A stretch of 10,097 nt of DNA from IMG/VR virus record IMGVR_UViG_2693429676_000011. The stretch is one strand, 5' to 3'. Source of the DNA: a virus (lineage: Duplodnaviria > Heunggongvirae > Uroviricota > Caudoviricetes). The notes under the pieces were generated by a model. The model was not told the DNA's origin, searched no databases, and was given only the letters and a program-made list of their open reading frames with translations. Both the position numbers and the translations under genes were made by a program. The number at the start of each line of letters is the position of its first letter. Within the stretch, counting starts at the first letter, position 1. Shown piece by piece: positions 1-6,395 of the stretch.

Positions 1-83
1 CCAAACTGCGATCGATTCAGATGCCATTTTGCAATCAGCGCCAGAACAGCAGCTGACAGGCCGTATTTGATTTTTGCGCTCAT
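1..83 (-). CDS. 5' end of a gene running out of the window, possibly the phage endolysin R; N-terminus MSAKIKYGLSAAVLALIAKWHLNRSQFG
   Basis: ATG at 83..81 with an in-frame stop immediately upstream (90..92), so 83 is the start. Position (after holin and DUF1327-like ORF) and the hydrophobic N-terminus fit a lysis-cassette lysozyme. No obvious Shine-Dalgarno; only 27 codons visible. Confidence 0.4.
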   Translation of the reverse strand, partial: MSAKIKYGLSAAVLALIAKWHLNRSQF

Positions 84-138
84 GGATATTTATCAGGATG
101 CTACCAATGAAAGATACTGGAAAGCCAACTGCAAAAAG

Positions 139-453
139 CTAACAACCCGTAATCGAGTTATCAGAACTGTTAATTTTTATGGTATACCGCGCCTCTGAAC
201 AGGGGCGCGTTTCTGGCAACAGCTCGTCCCCTTCACATAACCCGGCAGCAACATCCAAGAAGACCTGTCTGATGCTCCTTCTGGCTGCTGCCTCATAAAA
301 CTCCAGCGCGGCACCTTCAACACGGTCCAGCGAGATGTCCAGGTCAAAAATTTCACCGTCAAAGCGTTTTTTGTCCCGTAACGCTAAAGTTACCGTAACT
401 TTATTCTCAAAATTGCGGATCCCTTTCACAATCAGTTCATAGTTTTGAGTCAT
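139..453 (-). CDS. Small phage protein of unknown function, DUF1327/YdfR-like, 104 aa
   Basis: Complete ORF starting 4 nt after the holin stop. Placement between holin and putative endolysin matches the essQ-ydfR-rrrQ arrangement recalled from Qin-type prophages. Family assignment is from memory, not a search. Confidence 0.6.
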   Translation of the reverse strand: MTQNYELIVKGIRNFENKVTVTLALRDKKRFDGEIFDLDISLDRVEGAALEFYEAAARRSIRQVFLDVAAGLCEGDELLPETRPCSEARYTIKINSSDNSITGC

Positions 454-457
454 TGAA

Positions 458-673
458 TTACTCTCCCCGTGCAGCCTTACGACGGTCCTCTCTGATTTTG
501 AAATACAGGTTAGTCAGATATGTCAGCAGCCCAAACAGCAGACTCCCCAGCACGCCTATTGCCGCCCACTGAGACGGGGAAACCCTGTCCAGCAACTGCA
601 GGAACCAGTAGCCCGTTCCCACCGCTGACGTGGTGTATGACACACCTGTTGTGATTTTTTCCATCTGGTACAT
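458..673 (-). CDS. Class II holin, phage 21 S-type (pinholin-like), 71 aa with dual-start motif
   Basis: Translation [71 protein letters not shown] closely resembles phage 21 S. Two Met codons at positions 1 and 4 (673..671 and 664..662) fit the antiholin/holin dual start. GGGAG lies 7 nt upstream of the ATG at 673. The six-frame ORF extends to 751, but that extension has no matching homology or RBS. Confidence 0.85.
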   Translation of the reverse strand: MYQMEKITTGVSYTTSAVGTGYWFLQLLDRVSPSQWAAIGVLGSLLFGLLTYLTNLYFKIREDRRKAARGE

Positions 674-708
674 ACCCCGTCTCCCGTTATCCGGAAGCTG
701 ACAACAAT

Positions 709-738
709 AAAAAAAGCCACCAGTTAAGTACTGATGGC
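709..738 (-). terminator. Putative intrinsic terminator between nanS-p and the holin gene
   Basis: On the minus strand an 8-bp stem (gccatcag / ctggtggc, one G-U pair) with a 7-nt loop is followed by TTTTTTT. Confidence 0.5.
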
Positions 739-823
739 TCTGATAACTCATGCAGGCATCTCAGACGACCCACTGACACTACCGGTGAGTTTAACGATAC
801 CTTCCATTTGGCTGGCTCACTTT

Positions 824-2677
824 TTATGATGATGCCGGTGCATTTATCTCCAGCACCAGACTTTCTATCTCAACGCCATACGCTGCATTTTTGGTAATAT
901 CCGTCAGCGTCAGCGCATTCAGCCCCAGTGTCAGACTGTCTTTTATGACCTGGAATGCCGGGCCAGCCACTCCATTCAGTTTCGGAGTAACCGTGGCACT
1001 GCCGGCGGTGAACACCAGCTCCAGCGTCAGCCAGTCGTTACTGTAATTCCCGAACTCGCCCAACTTTGTGTTTCCTGCTTTCTTGTGATGCATCAGATTC
1101 AGTTTGCCGTCTGTGGTCTGGGTGAAGAACGACATCAGGAACGGGTTACCAGTCCCGGTCATCGCCACGACGTCAGGTAACGCTACATCGGTATACAGAT
1201 AAATTCCCAGACCGAACTGGTTGTTGGTCAGTGCGCCTGACAGTCGAAACTTACAGCTCAGTCTGCCACCCCGTGTCAGCAGGGAGACTGCGTCATCCAC
1301 CGGGCGCGTCAGGGACCAGGCTTTATTGCTCTGCTTGGTGATCTTAAATACACCATCTGACAACTGAACTCCGCCATTCTTAATGCTCCAGCCCTGCGCA
1401 GCAGCGTCTCCGGCTGTCGGCAACAGGGAGATTGTGCGTATGGATGCATCTTCAGACGGCCCCGATGGCGTGTCGCCGCCGGGCGAGGGTTTGATTTCCG
1501 GTGCCTTACCACTAATGAAGGCTAAGGTGCGACCGGCTACGTTCAGAATAGCAGTTGCCATACGATCGGGAATAATGCCACGACGCGCCCATGAGCTGAA
1601 ATGCGTCGGGCGATTTGATGATACCCAGTTTTTGTTCGTTCGGGATGCCGAACCGTAATAACCAGACCCGGCAATATCAGGATCTTCTGACGGGTTGTTT
1701 GTCGGTGTATTAACTCCGCTACCATCGGTCATAAAGGGAACAAAATAAATCTGCTGGGATTCTTTACCTTTATATGCACCATATACCACTTCATATTGCG
1801 TACCGTGTTCTTGTTTCCACGCGTATGTCGTGTCGCCACAAATCCAGGGGACTGATGCCGGACTTCCACCGTGACACTGCGCCGCCAGCCCGGCAAGGTC
1901 AGCACGGAACTGCTGTACCATTGCAAGAAATGCTGCTGGCTGCTGGGCGTAACTGGCATTCGTCATATCGAATTCCCCCTGCATCCAGCATATCGCCAGC
2001 AAAACGTTTTTCGGGTTTTTCTGCAATGCTGCCTTCGTGCGGAAAAGCAGATCCTGATATAACGGCTTACCCACTCCCCAGCGAGCCGAATCCTGACTGG
2101 CCCCCGTGGACTCGCTGAATGTCCCCTCCGTGCCCTGGGTGAATGCCGAACCACCACAACAGCATGGTACCAGCAGGATCCCCGCATTATTAGGGATATA
2201 CGGAAGCAGTTTTTTGGCAATATGTAAGCCCTGTCCGACACAGCCGTACTGCCCTTTGCTCAGGTCAGCCCGGGGATGGTTAATCGTACTCATATCCTGA
2301 ACATCATGCAGACAATGGTCAGCAGGAATGATGTCGTTAAATACGCATACTTCACCACCGGGAGTCACTGTGTTACGACGGGCCAGTTGCTTAATGCGCG
2401 GATGGGGCGCATCGTATGAATCCGGAAGCGGAAGACCTTCACCGTAAGCCATGGCATTGGATTGCCCGGCCAGTACGATGACGTAGTACCACTCCGGCTC
2501 AGTTGCACCACTGACGACCACATCACCTTCTGCTGCAATCGCCTGCATCAGGGTATAAGGGGTTATGGCCACCGGACTACCAAACGGCTGCCAGCCCTCC
2601 TTCAGTTTTTGTGTCAGTCGTTTCGCAAGGTCTGACGGCGATGCCGCCCTGACCACGTCATAGTGTTTAAATGCCAT
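824..2677 (-). CDS. nanS-p: Prophage-encoded sialate O-acetylesterase (NanS-p family, SASA/SGNH hydrolase), 617 aa
   Basis: Long ORF with the SASA active-site block VIVLAGQSNAMAYGEG and an N-terminus MAFKHYDVVRAASPSDLAKRLTQKLKEGWQPFGSPVAITP that matches my recollection of NanS-p proteins encoded downstream of stx in EHEC lambdoid prophages. GGAGGA precedes the ATG. It occupies the canonical position between the tRNA/stx site and the lysis genes. Confidence 0.9.
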   Translation of the reverse strand: MAFKHYDVVRAASPSDLAKRLTQKLKEGWQPFGSPVAITPYTLMQAIAAEGDVVVSGATEPEWYYVIVLAGQSNAMAYGEGLPLPDSYDAPHPRIKQLARRNTVTPGGEVCVFNDIIPADHCLHDVQDMSTINHPRADLSKGQYGCVGQGLHIAKKLLPYIPNNAGILLVPCCCGGSAFTQGTEGTFSESTGASQDSARWGVGKPLYQDLLFRTKAALQKNPKNVLLAICWMQGEFDMTNASYAQQPAAFLAMVQQFRADLAGLAAQCHGGSPASVPWICGDTTYAWKQEHGTQYEVVYGAYKGKESQQIYFVPFMTDGSGVNTPTNNPSEDPDIAGSGYYGSASRTNKNWVSSNRPTHFSSWARRGIIPDRMATAILNVAGRTLAFISGKAPEIKPSPGGDTPSGPSEDASIRTISLLPTAGDAAAQGWSIKNGGVQLSDGVFKITKQSNKAWSLTRPVDDAVSLLTRGGRLSCKFRLSGALTNNQFGLGIYLYTDVALPDVVAMTGTGNPFLMSFFTQTTDGKLNLMHHKKAGNTKLGEFGNYSNDWLTLELVFTAGSATVTPKLNGVAGPAFQVIKDSLTLGLNALTLTDITKNAAYGVEIESLVLEINAPASS

Positions 2678-2870
2678 GAATCCTCCCGGCCGGGATAATA
2701 TTGTGAGTAAAATAAGGAGCGGGCTGAAGTCCGGAAGTTACAGGACAATGGCAGAAGAGAGACGACAGCCCGCAATTCGAAAAAGACCGCGCAGTTGCGC
2801 AGAGTGATTACTATGGGGTATTATTCGCCAGCTGAAATATTACTTCACGTTTTATTGTTTATTCCTTGCC

Positions 2871-2899
2871 GCCCGCGTCTCCCAGCGCGGGCTTTTTTT
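2871..2899 (+). terminator. Plus-strand intrinsic terminator, convergent with the minus-strand terminator at 2909..2928
   Basis: Perfect 7-bp GC stem gcccgcg (2871..2877) / cgcgggc (2886..2892) with an 8-nt loop, followed by TTTTTTT (2893..2899) on the plus strand. Confidence 0.5.
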
Positions 2900-2908
2900 G
2901 CCCACAAG

Positions 2909-2928
2909 AAAACCCCTCCGGAGAGGGG
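2909..2928 (-). terminator. Minus-strand intrinsic terminator ending repeat module U1
   Basis: Stem cccctc / gagggg with loop cgga (2913..2928); on the minus strand the hairpin is followed by UUUUCUUGU. Confidence 0.45.
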
Positions 2929-3176
2929 CTAAAGCCGCGTATCTGTATCATCATGCACATGGTGCCGGGTGCCTCCCGGTGAGTTCAGCCCGGTGCCACT
3001 AAACCCGCGTCATTCTCGTTTTGATAATCAGAGATTATACCGTCACCAGTCGCCCCTCCGCTCAGGGGGATTCACCATGCGAAATTTTTTTAACAAATGC
3101 CCAGTCTGACAGGCAACTGTCAACTTACTGAATTGTGAGCAACATAGCATTTAACGGGGAACCTGTTTTCTGCAGT

Positions 3177-3203
3177 AAAAAGGCCCACCGGAGCGGATGG
3201 GCC
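3177..3203 (-). terminator. Minus-strand intrinsic terminator at the upstream edge of U1
   Basis: Stem ggccca (3182..3187) / tgggcc (3198..3203) with a 10-nt loop; on the minus strand followed by UUUUU (rc of 3177..3181). Confidence 0.5.
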
Positions 3204-3394
3204 TGGAAGGATAGCGGTCATGTGATGCCGGTTTCCCGGTAACTCAGCACCGGTATCTGAGTCAACGTTTTCTCTACTGGGTCATTTCCGATACGCCCTG
3301 CCTGCTGACAGGCTTTCATCACATCTGAAAATATAGCACCCTGACTGATACTGTAGTACCTAAGGTTCCAGAAACTGTGATGTATCCGGCACAG

Positions 3395-3416
3395 AAAAGC
3401 CCCTCCGGAGAGGGCT
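3395..3416 (-). terminator. Minus-strand intrinsic terminator ending repeat module U2
   Basis: Stem cccctc / gaggg(c) with loop cgga; on the minus strand followed by UUUUCUGUG. Confidence 0.45.
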
Positions 3417-3612
3417 GGAGAGTGGCGCTATGTGCCATTGCATGATGCCGGGTGCCTCCCGGTGAATTCAGTACCAGCACCTGAATCCGCGATTATCCCA
3501 TATACCTACTCGCTGATTGCCCCTCCGCACAGGGGGATTCACCATGCCAGTTTCTTTTAACAAACTCCCCGCAAAACAGACAACTGTCAACCGTCTGAAT
3601 TGTGAGACATTT

Positions 3613-3638
3613 AAAAAAAAGGCCCGCAAAAGCGAGCC
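3613..3638 (-). terminator. Intrinsic terminator immediately downstream of the tRNA cluster
   Basis: Stem ggcccgc / gcgagcc (one mismatch) with loop aaaa; on the minus strand followed by U8 (rc of the A8 run at 3613..3620). It begins 15 nt after the 3' end of tRNA-Arg(UCU). Confidence 0.55.
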
Positions 3639-3652
3639 AGGGAAAATAAGTG

Positions 3653-3729
3653 TGGCGCGTTGTACTGGATTCGAACCAGTGACCGATTGCTTAGAAGGCA
3701 ATTGCTCTGTCCGGCTGAGCTAACAACGC
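3653..3729 (-). tRNA. tRNA-Arg, anticodon UCU (reads AGA)
   Basis: Manual cloverleaf on the reverse complement: GCGTTGT TA GCTC AGCCGGACA GAGC A ATTGC CTTCTAA GCAAT CGGTC ACTGG TTCGAAT CCAGT ACAACGC G CCA. Perfect 7-bp acceptor stem, 5-bp anticodon and T stems, TTCGAAT T-loop, encoded CCA; 77 nt. Confidence 0.9.
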
Positions 3730-3742
3730 ATGATGCAGATAA

Positions 3743-3819
3743 TGGACCGCCATCGGGGACTTGAACCCCGCGCAGCCAGCTTCGAAGGCTGGCGCTCTTT
3801 CCTGATGAGCTAATGGCGG
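3743..3819 (-). tRNA. tRNA-Arg, anticodon UCG (reads CGA), atypical C1-G72 and D-loop
   Basis: Reverse complement folds as CCGCCAT TA GCTC ATCAGGAAA GAGC G CCAGC CTTCGAA GCTGG CTGCG CGGGG TTCAAGT CCCCG ATGGCGG T CCA. All stems are perfect and CCA is encoded; 77 nt. First base C and the unusual D-loop lower confidence slightly. Confidence 0.8.
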
Positions 3820-3826
3820 TATGTGA

Positions 3827-3902
3827 TGGTGGCCCTTGCTGGATTTGAACCAGCGACCTGGCGATTATGAGTCGCTCGCTCTCACCACTGAGCTAAAGGG
3901 CC
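3827..3902 (-). tRNA. tRNA with CAU anticodon, ileX/ileZ-like (Ile2 lysidine type or Met)
   Basis: Reverse complement GGCCCTT TA GCTC AGTGGTGA GAGC G AGCGA CTCATAA TCGCC AGGTC GCTGG TTCAAAT CCAGC AAGGGCC A CCA; 76 nt. Near-identical in architecture to my recollection of E. coli ileX. Lambdoid Stx phages carry an ileZ-argN-argO trio at this position. Confidence 0.85.
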
Positions 3903-3942
3903 GGGAGCCGCATAATAACGACGCGTAATTAATTCTTCAATA

Positions 3943-5001
3943 TCATCCGTTCTGGCTGACTAAATCCTGTACTTCCCGAACCGTCTGCTCAAAACGTTCA
4001 GTCTCCAGCTCAACGCCAATTGCACGACGCCCGAGCGCCAGTGCCGCTTTCACTGTCGAACCCAACCCCATGAAAAAATCTGCAATCAGGTCACCCGGAC
4101 GACTGCTAGCGCTGATTATCTGCTGCAGCATTTCTGCCGGTTTTTCGCACGGATGTTTCCCGGGATAGAACTGCACCGGTTTATGCGTCCACACATCGGT
4201 ATACGGCACCTGCACCGTCACGCCAAAATACCGCCGCAGATGTTTATATTCACTCAGCAGCTCCGCATACTGCCGGTTCAGTGAGGTATACGTATCCACC
4301 AGCTGGTGGTGGAGCTTTTCCAGTTCACCACGCCGATGCTTCTCTTCTGCCACCCGGGCAAACAGCGCCTGTAATTTCAGATAATCGCTTTCATTCGGCA
4401 ACTGCCACTGACCGGCACTGAACCAGTGCGACACCATGTTTTTCTTTCCTGTGGCATCTGCAATCTGTTTTGCCGTTATCCCCAGGGCAGCTCGCGCATC
4501 ACGAAAGTAAGAAATCAGCGGGGCCATCACATGCTGTTTCAGTGCACTGCCCTTCGCCGCATACCCGGCATCTTTCGGACGATACGGCCCCTGATAATGT
4601 TCCGCGAACAGAATGCGCTCTGTGGCGGGGAAATACGCCCGCAGGCTTTCCTTGTTGCATCCGTTCCAGCGTCCGGACGGCTTCGCCCAGATAATATGGT
4701 TCAGCACACTGAAGCGTTCACGCATCATGATTTCGATATCAGATGCCAGGCGATGACCACAGAACAGGTAAAGACTTCCGGCAGGTTTCAGCACCCGCCA
4801 GAACTGCGCCAGACACTGGTCCAGCCACTTCAGGTAATCATCGTCGCCCTTCCACTGGTTATCCCAGCCCTCAGGCTTCACTTTAAAGTACGGCGGGTCC
4901 GTGACTATCAGGTCAACAGAATTTTCGGGTAACGACCGGATAAATTCCAGGCAGTCGGCGTTGATTAACTCACAACTGGATATTTTTACAGTATTAAGCA
5001 T
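3943..5001 (-). CDS. Orphan phage DNA methyltransferase (amino-methyltransferase fold), 352 aa
   Basis: DPPY motif near the N-terminus (LIVTDPPYF) and an FxGxG SAM-binding motif near the C-terminus (FFMGLGST), with a large insert between them. No restriction endonuclease partner in the window. Matches the position of the methylase gene between Q and the tRNAs that I recall in some Stx phages. The Shine-Dalgarno is weak, so the exact start is uncertain. Confidence 0.85.
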   Translation of the reverse strand: MLNTVKISSCELINADCLEFIRSLPENSVDLIVTDPPYFKVKPEGWDNQWKGDDDYLKWLDQCLAQFWRVLKPAGSLYLFCGHRLASDIEIMMRERFSVLNHIIWAKPSGRWNGCNKESLRAYFPATERILFAEHYQGPYRPKDAGYAAKGSALKQHVMAPLISYFRDARAALGITAKQIADATGKKNMVSHWFSAGQWQLPNESDYLKLQALFARVAEEKHRRGELEKLHHQLVDTYTSLNRQYAELLSEYKHLRRYFGVTVQVPYTDVWTHKPVQFYPGKHPCEKPAEMLQQIISASSRPGDLIADFFMGLGSTVKAALALGRRAIGVELETERFEQTVREVQDLVSQNG

Positions 5002-5033
5002 GGATCATTAAGCCTGTCTCTGATAGGCTCATT

Positions 5034-5052
5034 CTGCTTTTGCGCAAAGCAG
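5034..5052. promoter_or_regulatory. Perfect 19-bp palindrome CTGCTTTTGCGCAAAGCAG about 30 bp upstream of the methylase start; candidate operator
   Basis: Perfect inverted repeat centred at 5043, lying between the upstream terminator and the methylase ATG at 5001. Confidence 0.4.
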
Positions 5053-5093
5053 TGGGCCTGAGGTTTGCTTGTGAACCCAACGCATGAGCAGAT

Positions 5094-5122
5094 GGCTGGT
5101 GGGTGCCCCTAACACCCACCAG
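5094..5122. other. Long perfect hairpin (11-bp stem, 7-nt loop) in the leader of the methylase gene
   Basis: gctggtgggtg cccctaa cacccaccagc. Not followed by a U-tract on either strand, so not a classic terminator. Confidence 0.5.
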
Positions 5123-5137
5123 CCGCCCATTTACCAC

Positions 5138-5165
5138 AAATAAAAAAGCCTTCACTGCGGAAGGC
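5138..5165 (-). terminator. Intrinsic terminator after the 65-aa ORF
   Basis: Stem gccttc / gaaggc with loop actgcg; on the minus strand followed by UUUUUUAUUU. Overlaps the stop codon of the 65-aa ORF. Confidence 0.6.
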
Positions 5166-5349
5166 GTCTGTAACAACCGAACTGATAGTCTGCCAGACCC
5201 GCCATAACCAGCTGGGTCAGTATTAACTGGCAGCGTTCGCGTGAAAGGTAAGTATTCTGCGCTATCTCCCCGACTGTCGCCGGTTCGGTAACGCTTAATT
5301 CATTAAACACCACTCTGGCGGTTTCTGTCATATCCTGCTGTTTTAGCAT
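5152..5349 (-). CDS. Small helix-turn-helix protein, 65 aa, function unknown
   Basis: AAGGA Shine-Dalgarno 6 nt upstream of the ATG at 5349. The segment TVGEIAQNTYLSRERCQLILTQLVMAGL has an HTH-like pattern. First ORF downstream of the predicted tR'. Confidence 0.55.
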   Translation of the reverse strand: MLKQQDMTETARVVFNELSVTEPATVGEIAQNTYLSRERCQLILTQLVMAGLADYQFGCYRRLPQ

Positions 5350-5465
5350 GTCTTTTCCTTTTCCGGTTAACGTGACACACCAATAACTCTTGTCGAAAAA
5401 GCCAGCAAGCTGAAAGACAGGTATTCACCGCCACCAGCGCGTTTACTGTACTGACGCGATTTCAG

Positions 5466-5492
5466 TCATAAAAAACCCGCTCGGCGGCGGGT
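5466..5492 (-). terminator. tR'-like intrinsic terminator about 65 nt downstream of the predicted pR' start
   Basis: Minus-strand RNA ACCCGC-CGCCGA-GCGGGU followed by UUUUUUAUG. Confidence 0.6.
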
Positions 5493-5528
5493 TGTAGAAA
5501 CTCTTCTAACGTCAGGCATAAAACGCCC

Positions 5529-5568
5529 ATCGTTATGACGAATTTACCACAGATTCCGGAAAAATCAA
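5529..5568 (-). promoter_or_regulatory. Late promoter pR' with a lambda-type sigma-dependent pause/qut element
   Basis: On the minus strand: -35 TTGATT (rc of 5563..5568), 16-nt spacer, -10 TAAATT (rc of 5541..5546), then CGTCAT-AACGAT-GGGCG. This parallels lambda pR' (TAAATT-TGACTC-AACGAT-GGGTT) as I recall it, and lies directly downstream of the Q gene. Confidence 0.65.
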
Positions 5569-5573
5569 CCTTG

Positions 5574-6395
5574 TTACCTAGTTACCTTTTTTAACTGCCG
5601 CTCAGCCCATGCTTCTTCAATATCAAACCGGGTCACCAGCGCATCATAAAATTTCTTAACTGTTTTTTCCCATGACGCGCGTGTTATCTGGTTTGTCACC
5701 TCGCATATAGCATTAAATGCCTCCGTTGATGGTAGTCTTTCATAGCCACGACCACCACAACGCTGGCAGTCTCTGATAACAGGCATACCACGTTTTACCG
5801 ACTCTTCACGATGAATGGCGACACCACGCCCACGGCAATCCTTACAGGCGGTGGAAACCTCACCCTTTCCGCCACACTCCGGACAGGCAACTTTTACCAC
5901 CTCCCTGACTTTTTTCCATTCTTCCCAGTAAGACGGATACACACCTTTCGTACACTTTGCCCATACCGGCGGCTTACCATCCGGATACTGGATCTTGTTT
6001 GTAAAAACCTCGCTTTCAATAAATTTTTTTCCGTGACAGCAGGGGCACTGTTTTTTGCTCGCCGCGCTACGGGCATAATCTTCAAACGCATACGAAGCCA
6101 TAATACGCATCACTGCCGGTTTTATTTCTGCCGGGAGTTTTCTTAACGCCGCCACGCGATCACACCGACTGAGTGCATATTCTGTCAGCAATTCTGTTGC
6201 CCGCTCTCTGTCATTCATACTAATGCCCATTTTCCCAAGGAACGCAGAAACCCCCATCTCAGCCCGATTCTGTGTCATGCCCTGCGCGGCCATCACATCA
6301 GTGATACTCAGCGCATCTTTCGACGTTGAGGCCGATGCATCAGTCAGGCCGGGGGATTTTGGGGAGTAGTATTTCGGTAAATCTTCCAGTTTCAT
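5574..6395 (-). CDS. Late antiterminator Q (QuuQ/Q82-like, with DnaJ-type CxxCxGxG zinc motifs), 273 aa
   Basis: Lies immediately upstream of the pR'-like promoter and downstream of rusA sequence. Cys-rich motifs CPECGGKG, CKDCRGRG, CQRCGGRG. Start ATG overlaps the TGA of a 37-codon rusA 3' remnant (ATGA). Family call is from memory plus position, not a search. Confidence 0.75.
   Translation of the reverse strand: MKLEDLPKYYSPKSPGLTDASASTSKDALSITDVMAAQGMTQNRAEMGVSAFLGKMGISMNDRERATELLTEYALSRCDRVAALRKLPAEIKPAVMRIMASYAFEDYARSAASKKQCPCCHGKKFIESEVFTNKIQYPDGKPPVWAKCTKGVYPSYWEEWKKVREVVKVACPECGGKGEVSTACKDCRGRGVAIHREESVKRGMPVIRDCQRCGGRGYERLPSTEAFNAICEVTNQITRASWEKTVKKFYDALVTRFDIEEAWAERQLKKVTR

Larger units (their letters stand above)
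2908..3205 (-). repeat. Repeat module U1 (~300 bp), homologous to U2 at 3393..3640
   Basis: Shared blocks with U2 in the same order and orientation: aaaa(g)cccctccggagaggg; catg.tgccgggtgcctcccggtga.ttcag; gcccctccgc.cagggggattcaccatgc; ttttaacaaa; cag..acaactgtcaac; ctgaattgtgag; aaaaaggccc hairpin. No conserved ORF. Confidence 0.75.
3393..3640 (-). repeat. Repeat module U2 (~250 bp), homologous to U1
   Basis: Same conserved blocks as U1. A third partial copy of the ccggg/cccgg hairpin block (atgtgatgccggtttcccggtaactcagcaccgg) lies in the spacer at about 3221..3262. Confidence 0.75.

Noticed and set aside
674-751. N-terminal extension of the holin ORF ([26 protein letters not shown])
   Set aside because: Homology to phage 21 S starts at MYQMEK, which has a proper GGGAG RBS. 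The extension overlaps the predicted terminator at 709..738.
1309-2300. Several ORFs of 60-114 aa on both strands inside the nanS-p gene (1309..1512, 1383..1658, 1543..1725, 1729..1959, 1774..2118, 1871..2062, 1963..2241, 2106..2300)
   Set aside because: All lie within the long, well-supported NanS-p ORF, have no RBS or recognisable product, and have the composition expected of out-of-frame or antisense readings of a real gene.
3556-3590. TTGACA box in each repeat module (rc of 3585..3590 and 3116..3121) as a sigma70 -35 element
   Set aside because: No acceptable -10 hexamer lies 16-18 bp downstream in either copy, so a promoter call is not supported. The conserved block is kept only as part of the repeat description.
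2900-3650. CRISPR array
   Set aside because: The repeats are ~250-bp modules with internal hairpins, not short direct repeats separated by unique spacers, and no cas genes are present.
2678-3652. Shiga toxin genes stxA/stxB at their canonical site
   Set aside because: No ORF of 60 aa or more on either strand in this interval.
3468-3723. ORFs 3468..3701 (-) and 3517..3723 (+)
   Set aside because: They overlap tRNA-Arg(UCU) and the non-coding repeat module U2. The two repeat copies are not conserved at the protein level.
4426-4932. Plus-strand ORFs of 168 and 74 aa antisense to the methyltransferase gene
   Set aside because: Antisense to a well-supported gene, Arg/Pro-rich with no recognisable motifs.
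4994-5176. 60-aa minus-strand ORF spanning the methylase leader
   Set aside because: It covers the terminator, the long hairpin and the palindrome and overlaps the ends of two better-supported genes, so it is more likely structured non-coding leader.
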